From Octopus sinensis (taxonomy: Eukaryota), in NCBI RefSeq assembly GCF_006345805.1, contig NC_042998.1, positions 74,710,001 to 74,774,000 on the forward strand: DNA of 64,000 bases. The letters are read 5' to 3'. Below, in pieces: positions 52,775 to 64,000 of this stretch. Within the stretch, counting starts at the first letter, position 1. Every line of letters starts with the position of its first letter. A program made the position numbers and the translations under genes. The notes beneath the pieces are model-generated. The model had not been told where the DNA came from. It worked only from the letters and a program-made list of their open reading frames with translations, and searched no databases.

Positions 52775-53119
52775 CATTGCTATTATGCAAATGTGTTGTA
52801 AGAGACCAATACGTTGCTTTTTCAGAAAACGAAAAAATTAGTTTCACGATTCCATAGTAAAACCGTTGTACTATACTTCGACAGTTTTCGATATTTTGGC
52901 ATCTGAAGCAGCTGGAGACATGATAGATTGAACAAAAGAACCGGCTATTGCAAGCAAAAATAAATATTGAAAAAAAATGCATTTCGCCAAATTTGAACAT
53001 ATGACAGCTTAACATAATAGCAACGACACACACACACACACATGTATGCAATATCTTTATAGCTAAGATAATAAACTGTAACGTAAATTTGGGTTAAGTC
53101 TATGAAAATATAGCCAGCT

Positions 53120-53555
53120 ATAGGCGCAGGAGTGGGCTGTGTGGTAAGTAGCTTGTTTACCAACCACATGGTTCCGGGTTCAGTCCCACTGCGTAGCACC
53201 TTTGGCAAGTGTCTTCTACTATAGCCTCGGGCCGACTAAAGTGAGTGGATTTGTGAGTGGATTTGGTAGACGGAAACTGAAAGAAGCCCGTCGTATATAT
53301 GTATGTATATATTTTTATATATGCGTGTGTGTGTGTTTGTGTGTCTGTGTTTGTCCCCCTAGCATTGCTTGACAACCGATGCTGGTGTGTTTATGTCCCC
53401 GTTACTTAGCGGTTCAGTAAAAAGAGACCGATAGAATAAGTACTGGGCTTACAAAAAGAATAAGTCTCGGGGTCGAGTTGCTCGATTAAAGGCGGTACTC
53501 CGGCATGGCCGTAGTCAAATGACCGAAACAAGTAAAAGAGTAAAAGAGTAAGAGA
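53120..53555 (+). mobile_element. SINE family A, full length
   Basis: ataggcgcaggagtgggctgtgtggtaag (A box), ggttcagtccc (B box, 53177-53187), microsatellite, (agtaaaag)n tail. Confidence 0.9.
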
Positions 53556-53749
53556 GCTATCATTTACACAGTGCGATTCAAATTAAATTACACGGCAAAG
53601 AGCCTTGAATATGTATTTCTATGTAGCTGAAAGGAAATTGTTAGAACATGTATTATTGTCCGAATTTTATTTAGTTGAACTCTACAATAGGTCACAAAGT
53701 ACATATATAAAGTGAAACAAGAGAGTTTAAAATCTACCATTATCTGCTT

Positions 53750-53781
<32 letters not shown>

Positions 53782-53886
53782 ATTATATATATATATATAA
53801 TAAATATTAGGGAATAAATCCAAATTTACAGGGAAAAAATCAGATTTAGGATTAAATCCAATTTTATAGTAAAATATTATATATAT

Positions 53887-54224
53887 TAATTAGAGACAAA
53901 ACCACTATTTTGCAAAACAAACAAGGAAAGACTTAATCAATACATAAAATTTTAATAAAAAGTAAAAAAACCGCCACTACAATTGTTTCATGTCTTGATC
54001 GACAATCTTCAGGTGGATTTCCGATTTTCAAGTCAGTTTCAAATTATTTAATATTTCAATTTCATAATTTGAAACTGACTTGAAAATCGGAAATCCACCT
54101 GAAGATTGTCGATCAAGACATGAAACAATTGTAGTGGCGGTCTTTTTACTTTTTATTAAAATTCTATGTATTGATTAAGTCTTTCCTTGTTTGTTTTGCA
54201 AAATAGTGGTTTTGTCTCTAATTA
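53887..54224. repeat. Palindrome, 161-bp arms, 16-bp spacer
   Basis: 53887-54047 vs 54064-54224 nearly perfect; (TA)n nearby on both sides. Confidence 0.97.
54095..54137 (+). ncRNA. Type I hammerhead motif (identical mirror copy 53974-54016, minus strand)
   Basis: ccac CUGAAGA U-UGUC-GAUCAA-GACA-U GAAAC AAUU GUA ^ gugg; palindromic stem III ACAAUUGU. Confidence 0.8.
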
Positions 54225-54225
54225 C

Positions 54226-54258
<33 letters not shown>

Positions 54259-55032
54259 TATATATACATATATGAAAAAACAAGTCAAAATAGAAAACGC
54301 TAAAATAATTTTATAAAGAACATTTCAGTACCGGTTTCGGTCATTTTGAGACCTTTTCAACTGTAACGATTAAATAATTAAATTTGGAAAAATTAAAAGA
54401 AAAGTTTTTTTAAAGGAATATTTGTATAGTGTTCAAATATAAGTGGCATTCTGCCTTTCTCTGTCTCCCTTGTTTGCACTTGTGTGTTCGAGGTCGTTGT
54501 GAATTCTTGGTAGGGTAGAAGAAGAAGAAGGTTGATGAGGAGAGGGGGTGGAAAAATTTGGGAGTGCCTTGATGGTCGTATTTTGAATGGTCAGTGGCGG
54601 CTAGCAGTTCCAGTTCAATTCAGGATAATATTTCTATTGAAAGGTTTGTTTATGGAATTTGCGTAGGTGTTATACTAAAAAGCATTAGTGATAAAGTTAA
54701 GAGGTAGAAGGTGGAGAAGGAGAAGAAGAAGAAAATGACGATGTTGATGATGATGATGATGATGAAGAAGAAGAAGAAGTAGGAGAAGGAGAAGAAGAAG
54801 ATGATGATGATGATGACGACGACGATGATGATGATAATGATGATGATGAAGAAGAAGAGGAAGAAGAAGAAAAAAGAGAAGGGAGAATATGAATGGGTGA
54901 AAGTAGTGAGGTGTTGTATGACTTGAAGTTGGTACGTTATGGATTATAGCTGTGATTGGGGCTGATTTGTAATGGATTCTTTGGAATGTAATATGTGTGT
55001 GTGTATTTCTTTTATTCTAAAGTTGAGGTATA

Positions 55033-56527
55033 TTAATCGTTTGTCGTAGACACGTTAAGAAGTGGCCTGTATTTTGTAATAAAGAGAGTTTCTTTACTTA
55101 TTCATTGTCTCGAGGTTGTATCGTCCCTAAATTGGTAGAGGGGGAAAATCCTGAAGCCTGGTGTTTTGTTGTTGGCGCAAGTATCTATGTGTTGGCTGAA
55201 AGCTATTTTTCTGTTTTGGGGAATTTTTATCTGGGATCTGTGCAGGGCCATTCTTTTACGCAAACTATTTTTTGTTTGGCCTACGTACTGCTCTTGACAC
55301 CCGGAGCAGGTTAGTGAGTATATTAGGTTCTCCGAAGCACATGTGAAGTTGCTTTTCACTGTAAACCGTTGTCCCTGTTTGAAGGAGAACTCTGATCTCT
55401 CAATTAGATAATCGCATATCCCGCAATTGGGTCTTCCACATTTTTTTACTGTCGGCTTCTGTGTTGAAGAGTGTATTCGGGCTTGTGTTAGGAGACTTTT
55501 CATAGATCTAGGCTGTCTCTTGCTTTTTATGATCGTGTGTGTTTGGAGGATTGTGTTCATTCTGTGGTCTTTTTTTAGGAGGGGTATGTTGTGGAGGATG
55601 GTGCCGAAGGCTTCATTATTGAGAGGGTTGTGTGTGGAGATGTATGGTAAGGCTTTTGGTCGTAAGTTTTTCTTTGATTTGGGATGTCTCAGTTCCTTGA
55701 TGTTAAGTTGAAGGGCACGTTGAATGCACATGTCAATAAGTGAAGGTGGGTAGTTCCTGGTGATATGGGTATCTTTTAGTTCTTGTAGTCGTGTGTCTCT
55801 GGTGTTTGCATTAGAAACTATAGTGCATATCCTTTTTGCTAGATTGAAGGGGATATTCATCCTGGTGTGTCTGGGGTGGCATGAATTGAATGGAAGATAT
55901 TGTTTAGAATCTGTAGGCTTATAATATATGTCTGTGTCTATTACATTATTAGCTTTCTTAATGAGGATATCGAGGAAGGGGAGTTGTTACTAGCTATATT
56001 CCATCGTGAATTGGATGTTTACGTCCAGTCCGTTTAAAATTTCTTGGAATTCTACGAGTTTTTCTATATTTTTATGCCAAAGAAGGAAACAGTCATCTAG
56101 ATATCTCTTCCAGTTGTTTTCTATGTAGATGGAGAAAGGGCTGCCATATCTTTCTAGAACCTTACGATACAGACCGATCTCTAGATATCCTATGACTAGG
56201 TTGGCAAAGGAGGGGGCTATTCGTGTACCCATCGCAGTCCCCGATTTTTGTCGGTAGAAGTTGTCCTTGAAGGCGAAGAAGTTATTTTCCAGGATGAATT
56301 TAACCCCTTCTATCACGAATTCTTTTTTGATGCGATGTGGTAGTTCGTTGGCGTGATTGTCTAGCCAGAATTGGATTGCCTCTAGTCCTAGGTTGTGGGG
56401 GATATTGGAGTAGAGGTTGACTACATCGAAGGATACCAGTATGGAGTTTTTGTTTATAGTATTCGGTAGGTGATTGAGCATATCCAAGTCGTCCCTTATA
56501 TAGCTTTTGACATGTTTGAGGAGTGGT
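55033..56527 (-). pseudogene. Penelope-like reverse transcriptase plus GIY-YIG endonuclease (N-terminus truncated, three in-frame stops)
   Basis: SFDVVNLYSNIP, QKSGTAMGTRIAPSFANL, WKRYLDDCF, FTMEYS**QLPFLDI, YYKPT..KQYL.F.SCHP, CGRPNCGIC, NLIYSLTC..C.EQYVGQT, KETLFITKYRPLLN*. All in one frame; stops at 55987-55992 and 55102-55104. Confidence 0.96.
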
Positions 56528-56718
56528 AATTTTCCACCCCCCCCCCTCCTCATCAACCTTCTTCTTCTTCTACCCTACCAAGAATTCACAACGACCTCGA
56601 ACACACAAGTGCAAACAAGGGAGACAGAGAAAGGCAGAATGCCACTTATATTTGAACACTACAAATATTCCCTAAAAAAAACTGTTCTTTTAATTTTTCC
56701 AAATTTAATTATTTAATC

Positions 56719-56764
56719 GTTACAGTTGAAAAGGTCTCAAAATGACCGAAACCGGTACTGAAAT
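56719..56764 (+). ncRNA. PLE terminal hammerhead with a U3-A8 core (sense copy 54322-54367, minus strand)
   Basis: guuacag UUGAAAA GGUC-UCAAAAU-GACC GAAAC CG GUA ^ cugaaau; palindromic stem III ACCGGU. Confidence 0.8.
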
Positions 56765-58359
56765 GTTCTTTATAAAATTATTTTAGCATTTTCTGTTTTG
56801 ACTTGTTTTTTCATATATATCAACTCGTGTGTTCCTTTTCACCCTCATATATATATATATATATATATAATATATATATATACATGAGTTTGTGTACATA
56901 CACACACATATGTATATATAGGTATACATTTACATACATACATACATACACTCAAACTCACAGAAACGCGCGCACACACAAACGCACACATACATATCTA
57001 TTTGTATATATGTATATATATATGCTTCGGTACAGTTTCTTTTTATTAATATCTACTAAAATATGCTTGTTAGCTACAATCGAGTGTGTGTTTGAGAAAG
57101 AGAGAGAGAGATGTGGGAGGAGGAGAGAGAGAAACATAGAAACAGACACAGAGAAAGGAATAGGCCGAGAGAAGCAGAGGCAGAGAGAGAGAGAGAGAAA
57201 GAGAGAATGTGATAAGAAGAAAAAGTAATTGCAAAATGAAATACCAATGTAAATTTGATGAATTTTCTATTTTCAGATGCAGCTATACTTACCTTTATGT
57301 CATAGTTCGTAAATATTTCAATAATTTGGCAGAAGACGTGATTGGATCATTAAATCAGTATTCAGAACTGGAAGAAAACTTAGAAAATTTTCAAAACTAG
57401 AAATCACTTTGCGAAAAATTATCTAAGTGAATGACTGATTGATGAAATAAGATGAAATCATAAAATATATATTTTGGAACACTGAAGATATGCATTCCAG
57501 AAAATATTCAATTATGAAGCGGAGATGGATCTCTTGGTTTTACGAATTTTGTATTTCTGAAAGTAAAACGTGCACGCACAAACTACACGCGCGCACATGC
57601 ACACATATACACACACGGGAGAAATTTCCTGTTTAAAAAAATATGCAATAAGCTGAGTATTAGATGTGTTATGAATAGAATCTATTACAAAAAATCTCTC
57701 ATAGTTCGTTGGTTTATTCCATATATATAACTGGAATGAAAATGCGAAGAATGTTGATGCAAAAAGTGGAACGAGAGGAAAGGAAAGCAAGAAAACAAAC
57801 ATCTTCGTCACATTTGTCTGTAGAAATCATAATCAATCTAAATGGTGAGGAATGATATAACAGAGAAGAGGTCAAGGTCTGTGAAATATCTACTCAATTC
57901 AGAGAGATAGGTGTCCTCCAGTTTGATAAAAAAAATGTCTATGTGCTTGCATTTGCTAAAAAATTAAGCAATGTGGGGAAATTCTTGGAACTACAAAGAA
58001 TGTGCAATCGTTCAGCTACACATAACTTGCATCTCTCTCAGCCATTCTCCACGATTATCGCTTTGATTGTACATAGTATGCAGTTGGTCTTCAGATCTCA
58101 TACATGGCTAGCCAACTTAGTGGATTTAATTTTATGAATGTGTCAGAAAGAAGAGTGGTGATTTGCATAACGGCTTTTAAACTTATCTTTGCACACAGCG
58201 ACGTCATTTTTCTTCTAGATAACGTTGTCTTGTACCACTGCTGTAACCTCAGCTTACTGTGTTTATCAAACACACCCCACCAAGCGGCCAAACTTCACAG
58301 TCACGACAGTTTTATCTGAGAGTGAGTTTTTGGTGTAACTTGCGAATTATATATCCTTT

Positions 58360-58535
58360 GTATTGGAGTTGAAGTTGTACGAAATTTTTAACGCGCATCT
58401 ATTAAAAATCGTCCTGTATTTGTGGTTTACTGTTTTAGGAAGCACATTGATAAAAGTAAAGCTATTGGTTAGCCATGTATGGGATCTGAAGACTAATTGC
58501 ACTCCACATTCGATCAAGTGGAGAATCGTGGAGGG
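58360..58535 (+). pseudogene. Small PLE GIY-YIG endonuclease fragment
   Basis: LVSHVWDLKTNCTPHSIKWRIV resembles the LSKHVW-LK.....-IKW-I segment of PLE endonucleases. Confidence 0.5.
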
Positions 58536-58546
58536 AAATCTATGCC

Positions 58547-58923
58547 CTCTTTACTCTTTTACTAGTTTCAGTCATCTGACTGCGGCCATGCTGGAGCACC
58601 GCCTCTAGTCGAGCAAATCGACATTCTATCAGTCTCTTTTGCCGAACCGCTAAGTTACGGGGACGTAAACACACCAGAATCGGTAGTCAAGCGATGTTGG
58701 GGGGGGGGACAAACACAGACACACAAACATATACAGACACAAACATATACAATCACATACATATACATATATATATATATATAATAATTATTTGAGGGAA
58801 TATAAATCCAAACTTACATATATACGACGGGCTTCTTTCAGTTTCCGTCTACCAAATCCACTCACAAGGCTTTGGTCGGCCCGAGGCTATAGTAGAAGAC
58901 ACTTGACCAAGGTACCACGCAGT
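58547..58923 (-). mobile_element. SINE family A, head-truncated
   Basis: Matches the 31063-31531 copy. Confidence 0.85.
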
Positions 58924-59606
58924 CTATAATTATTTAACTCTTTAACTAGTTTCAGCTCGAAACCTGCGGTCATGCTGGGGCACCACCATTACAAAAAAGT
59001 GGCTAGCAAGCCTCCACAGATAATCGAACGGTGAACTTCTCAAACTCCGGCTGAGTGATCTGTACCATTATATATCCTTGTTTAATTATTATTTTATACT
59101 ATATTGTTAGTTGTCACAAAAATAGACCATAAAATCACCGGTAGACAGTTTAATCTACTCAGGTGAAAGAGAAACTTCTTAACTCCAGCTTCTAAATCCT
59201 AAACTGTACTCTCTGTAATCGCAGCGCCGAAGTCATGCTGATGAATACAAAAGATTAACAAAAGTTCGCTCGGCACTTTCGTTTTGTCTATTTCTTTACA
59301 TTGTATATGCCATTGTGATAACAGACACTGTTTTTCGAATCACTGGAAATTATGCTGCTATCAAAATAGCGGCAAGTGTCAACGCAGTACGTTAAAAATT
59401 GCTAAATCTATTCCGATTACTTAGTTTCTCTAAGTGATCCATCGACATTAGAGAAATAGCAGTCAATATCTAGCTCACACTTCGCCACTTTTGAAGAGCA
59501 AGGATATATATACAAAATATTGTAAGGGATGGGAATAGGGGGTGAAGTGGATTATTTGTGAGGGCAAGCACAAGGTCTAAACAATAAATAAATGAATAAA
59601 TAAGAT

Positions 59607-60184
59607 ATAGGTGCAGGACTGTCTGTGTGGTAAGAAATTTGTTTCCCAATAACTTGGTTCCAGATCCAGCCCTTAAGCAAGTGTTTTCGACTATAGCCCC
59701 AGGTAGATCAAAACCTTGTTAGTGGATTTGGTTGACAAAAACTGAAAGTTCGTCATGTATAAATATATGAAGTCAAATGTAAATCTCCCAGCTTAAAACC
59801 TTATTGTCCCACATGAGGAGTCCTCTATGCACTATGCGTTGTATCTGGTGTTATTTCATCGTTCCACTCCCACAAGGGAGCAGTGTATCTTGAAGATGAA
59901 ACAGTTGTTGTGGTAATATAATTTTTTTGGTGATACATTACGTCTTCTTTTTTATCTTTAATACATACCTAACGTCCATCCTGGAATTCCTGGAATTATT
60001 ACAACGATGTCTGCTAAGTATCGCTGATGATGCCTGGTAGCAATAAGTGGTGAACATGCTCCATGGACACACAACCTGGAACTTGCCCTGAAATAAGGTT
60101 TCGATACTGTTTTGAATACGTATTTTCTTAATCTTAATTCTTTAACCTTATATTTGAGTTATCATATATATATATATATATATA

Positions 60185-60250
<66 letters not shown>

Positions 60251-60962
60251 TGTATGTATGTATATGTATAATTTACCTATGTATATATACCTTCTGCCAT
60301 TTCACTGTAAAACAGACTTTGGGTAGTCGTATGTCAGGCATTCGAATAAGGTGGCCTACCAACCTGACCTGCGCTCACCTCAGCAGAGTGTAAATGCTTG
60401 GCAGATCAGCTCGAGAGAGGATCTCCGTGTCTGGGGCATTGCTTTGTTAGGTGATTTTCAGCAATGCCCCCATACAGTTCATCTGGAAACTATTTAGCCT
60501 GACACTTGGGAATGCATGCACAGGACCGCCCTACCTGGTGTAACTGCACCAAAAAGGTGCCGCCTCCTACGAACAGAACAGGATTGCAGGAACACGAAGA
60601 AACTTGCCTTCATTCCCAGCAGGCCACGAGTGTTCGGCCTGCAGCAGAACCTTCCGAGCTCGAATTGGCCTGATCATCTACAGCTGGTTGCACCGTGAGC
60701 TGTCTTCTTTTCCCATGTGATGTCCTGATATGTATATGTACATGTATATATGTATGTAAGTATGTATGTATTTATCTATGTGTATGTGTCTGTGTACTTG
60801 TGTTTATCCCCTTCGGTCGCTTGAGAATCGGTTCTGGTTTGTTTATGTTACTGATAGTATAAGTACCAGATCTAAAAGTATCAGCTTTGATTCGTTCGAC
60901 TAAAAATCCTTCAAGGAGGTACCCCAGCATGATCGTAGTCCAATGACTGAAACAAGTAAAAC
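59607..60962 (+). mobile_element. SINE family A halves (head 59607-59760, tail ~60775-60962) separated by ~1 kb of other sequence
   Basis: The head and tail match family A; whether they come from one insertion is inferred. Confidence 0.5.
60300..60720 (+). mobile_element. RTE-BovB-like LINE 3' fragment
   Basis: PDTWE...KGAASYEQNRIA...HECSACSRTFRARIGLI resembles the BovB-type C-terminal zinc-finger-like tail. Confidence 0.7.
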
Positions 60963-63429
60963 ATCGTAGATTAGATATACTGGAAGAGAGATTAGGATAC
61001 AGAAGAGCTATAGTAGGGTTAGGGGTCTATGTCAGTAGGAGGTTTAGACTAATTTAATGTTCGACCGAATTCCACTTCTATTGGTGTCAAAGAGAGACGT
61101 ATCAAGCGCTTTGATTTTTTTCTGTTTTCTATTATATTTTAGTCATACAGTATGTGTCAAGGCAGGTACATAAATAAAATAATACAACTGACTTATTTTC
61201 GCGATAAGGATTAAAGAGTTAGATTACGCAATTTAAATGCAATTTAGATCTAAAATCATTTGTCTCAAACTAAACATAAAACAAGAAAAGTGGATGTTGG
61301 CCCTTTCATCATCACCGTTATATAATGGCACCGAATAATTTATTCTGGAAAGTGTGCTTCAACTGTTAAGCATACATAGAAATGAAATAGCCATATAGTT
61401 ATTACCTTGAATATGCTGTTCAGATGAAACAAATTCAGTTGACGTATGCATTTCAAGTTTTATACTTTTTGATTACTTTGACAGCGGTAAGATAGGCCAC
61501 TCTTTGATCTGAGAATAATAATGTCTAGCTGGAACCACCATTCTTTTGAAAGAATGCATTAACCAATTTACGTATCATTCGACACAGGCACTTAGAAGTT
61601 CTCAGCATGCATTTGGATCAAACTTATTTCTTCTAAATGGTCTGATTTCTAGAATTTCAAGTAATCTACTGTTACAGCAATATATTTCAGCGAAAGTGCA
61701 GTTTATAGTACAATCGAATGTAACCTGTGATAGTTTTCATTGGTGCGTGTCTATGTTATGTCGTAAAAGATGGGATACGGTAAATATTGATTTACTTGAT
61801 TGGCACAGCACAACAATGATTTACAGGAAGCATATATAGGAGTGAATAAACCACACTCAAGGCTGGTATTAATTTTATAAACTCCAAGGTGATAAAAGGA
61901 AAAATTTATCTCAAATTATAAAAGAACCATCTACATTAGTCTTCCTGTGTCGTTTATGACACTCCGCTGCTTCCCACATATCCTTTGAAGTCTGGCAAGA
62001 AGTTGAATTAAAGATTCACTTTATGCGAGAGGACAACTACCTAAAAAATAATACTAGAGGTATTTTATTTAAATATAAACATAGCGATCTTTCATGTTTC
62101 CAAATGATACTCCTTAAAAAACATTAATTTCGTATCACCTCTTAAAATCACTTAATCTACGCCTCTGTTTTGTTTCTTTAGGAAATATTTGAACATAGAA
62201 TATTTATGAAAATATAATTTTTAGACTTTCTTGAGTCACAAAATATTTATTTTTAGTCAAATTTACACTCAATTTAACACATTATTACATTGCAAACTTA
62301 TAAGGTTTACTCTTGACAACTTTGCGAGATTTTTTAGCAGGAAGCCGTAGTAATGTGAAATGTACATGGGAAATTCTTTGCAATTTAGGAATATATGTAT
62401 CTATATTTGTCTTCATCTCTCTCTCTCTCCTTTTCTATGTATTTATGATTGTAAATGTATGTATGGCATATTGGTGTATATGTAAATATGCATGTACTCA
62501 TCTATTTCTCTCACTTCTTTCATATTATGCATATTGCACACACACGCGCGCATATATAGACACACATATATATATATAAATACATATATATATATATACT
62601 TATATAAATACATATATATATATATGTACATACACACATATTAACATATATATATACTTATATACATGTATATATACCTACATATATATATATATACACG
62701 TATACGTAAATACGTACATGCATATATATATGTACATATTTATAGATACATGCATATATGTATACACACATATACTCATATATTTGTGTGTGCGTGTATG
62801 TGTGAGTGTCTCTCAGAAACTGTAGGAGTTGAACGTCTCTCTGAACTCACCTGACATCAATAATGATGTGTCAAGAATTATTGGCATAAACTATTTTATG
62901 CTCAGTCGGGGTGACGAACTACATAACTTTCTAACTTATTTTGCTTCAAGGATATTCACAGTCGTGTGAAAATATTAAAGCTATTCCATTGTTGCTAAAT
63001 ACCATTCTACTTCCTGATCGAAGTAACTTTCAGCGCCCTTGTAAAATGTTCATCGATTTTTTTTCCGTTCGTGTGTTCAAGTTGTATTTTATACTTTATA
63101 CTTTTGATAGCTCCTAGATAAATAACTACAGCTTAGGAGTGATTTTCATATTTCGCTTTTGTTGTCGCAATTCTATTATTTAACTGTCTGCAGTTGATAT
63201 TCAACCCCCTTATTTTCATTCGTACATGGTACTTCAGTAGCTCTCCTTAGCTTTATATAGTCACAAAGATATGAAATTCATCCATAGCTGCCTGTGTTAA
63301 CTCACTATCGATTTAAGATGTGTGTTTAATGTCTCAGTTTTAGAATACATTAATATGCTAATTACTGATGCAACTTTGTTCTTTGAAACATTTAAAAACA
63401 AGACAGTCTCACATGCATATTTACAAATA

Positions 63430-63630
63430 TACATACATGCATGCATTCATACATATATACATGCGAAGACGTACATAAGATAAACCAAAATTCAGCACAT
63501 ATACATACATGCATACGAAACCACCCTGTTGTTGCTGTTGGAATTCCAGTGAAGGAGCCTTGGATCTAGAATAGAAACCGACTTTTCCTCTATTGGCGAG
63601 ATATCTAGAAATAAAACTGAATAATGCCAT
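63430..63630 (+). mobile_element. 3' UTR fragment of the R4/Dong-like family
   Basis: accctgttg...tcca.tgaag.agccttggatctag..tagaaaccg...ctctatt...gaaataaa matches 34290-34400. Confidence 0.65.
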
Positions 63631-63709
63631 ACGTACGTACGTAGTACATACTTAGTGTTTGCTTCTTTCATGGGTATGAGTAAGTATTTCATTTATTTCT
63701 TTGCCACAT

Positions 63710-63769
63710 TTATCACTGACGAAAGGAGGGTTCTTATGAACTAACCCTGAAATCGGTCCGATATGGTAA
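63710..63769 (+). ncRNA. Type I hammerhead motif
   Basis: uuauca CUGACGA A AGG..GUUC-UUAU-GAAC..CCU GAAA UCGG-U-CCG AUA ^ ugguaa; stem I has 6 bp. Confidence 0.78.
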
Positions 63770-63796
63770 TAATGGAATTGTTTAGAAAATTCTCCA

Positions 63797-63972
63797 TACG
63801 TACGTATGTACGTACATACATACATACATACGTACATACATACTACATACATACGTACATACATACGTACATACATACATACGTACATACATACGTACAT
63901 ACATACATACGTACATACATACGTACATACATACATACATACCTACGTACATACACACATACGTACATACAT
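63797..63972. repeat. (TACA)n/(TACG)n compound tetranucleotide repeat
   Basis: Seen directly. Confidence 0.95.
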
Positions 63973-64000
63973 CTGACGAGAAATGTTACAAGTATCTAGG

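Larger units (their letters stand above)
54268..56818 (-). mobile_element. 5'-truncated Penelope-like retroelement with ~290-bp inverted terminal repeats
   Basis: 54268-54557 and 56528-56818 are inverted copies; an RT/GIY-YIG ORF lies between them; (TA)n on both flanks. Confidence 0.95.

Noticed and set aside
54715-54880. (GAA)/(GAT) tract that would encode a poly-acidic peptide on the plus strand
   Set aside because: It is a trinucleotide repeat within the PLE 3' UTR, with no supporting ORF.
57275-57400. Candidate terminal exon after ttttctattttcAG (CSYTYLYVIVRKYFNNLAEDVIGSLNQYSELEENLENFQN*)
   Set aside because: No recognisable domain or linked exons; cannot be supported without RNA-seq or a homology search.
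60025-60060. CTGATGA TGC-CTGGTA-GCA partial hammerhead
   Set aside because: No GAAA after the stem and no stem I pairing.
63973-64000. CTGACGA at the window edge
   Set aside because: Truncated by the window end; the fold cannot be evaluated.

Overview
This window is AT-rich, repeat-saturated eukaryotic DNA. The SINE, LINE and microsatellite content looks like an octopus/cephalopod genome (inference from recalled repeat families, not verified). I cannot support any host gene, and nearly all long ORFs in the track are microsatellite or antisense artefacts. Recognisable elements are a full-length TA-flanked mariner nested in an RTE LINE (62-1331), a Helitron derivative with a decayed PIF1 helicase (~3337-6640), fragments of CR1/L2-group, RTE, RTE-BovB and R4/Dong-like LINEs, rosa/DD41D and hAT transposase remnants, two tRNA-derived SINE families, and a 5'-truncated Penelope-like element (PLE; RT plus GIY-YIG) with inverted terminal repeats (54268-56818). 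The main signal is RNA structure. Folding by hand gives about 21 minimal type I hammerhead ribozyme (HHR) motifs from about 11 sequence families. They occur in four ~100-220 bp-arm head-to-head palindromes, a 3.7-copy ~556 bp tandem array with one HHR per unit (retrozyme-like), a tRNA-promoter/(AAT)n/HHR SINE-like element, ~200 bp mini-elements with an A6U core variant, and the PLE termini (U3-A8 compensatory core). Most abut (TA)n or (TACA)n microsatellite. PLE hammerheads and metazoan retrozymes are known classes; the specific families, core variants and paired-insertion geometry here are what deserve follow-up. All folds are manual and untested.
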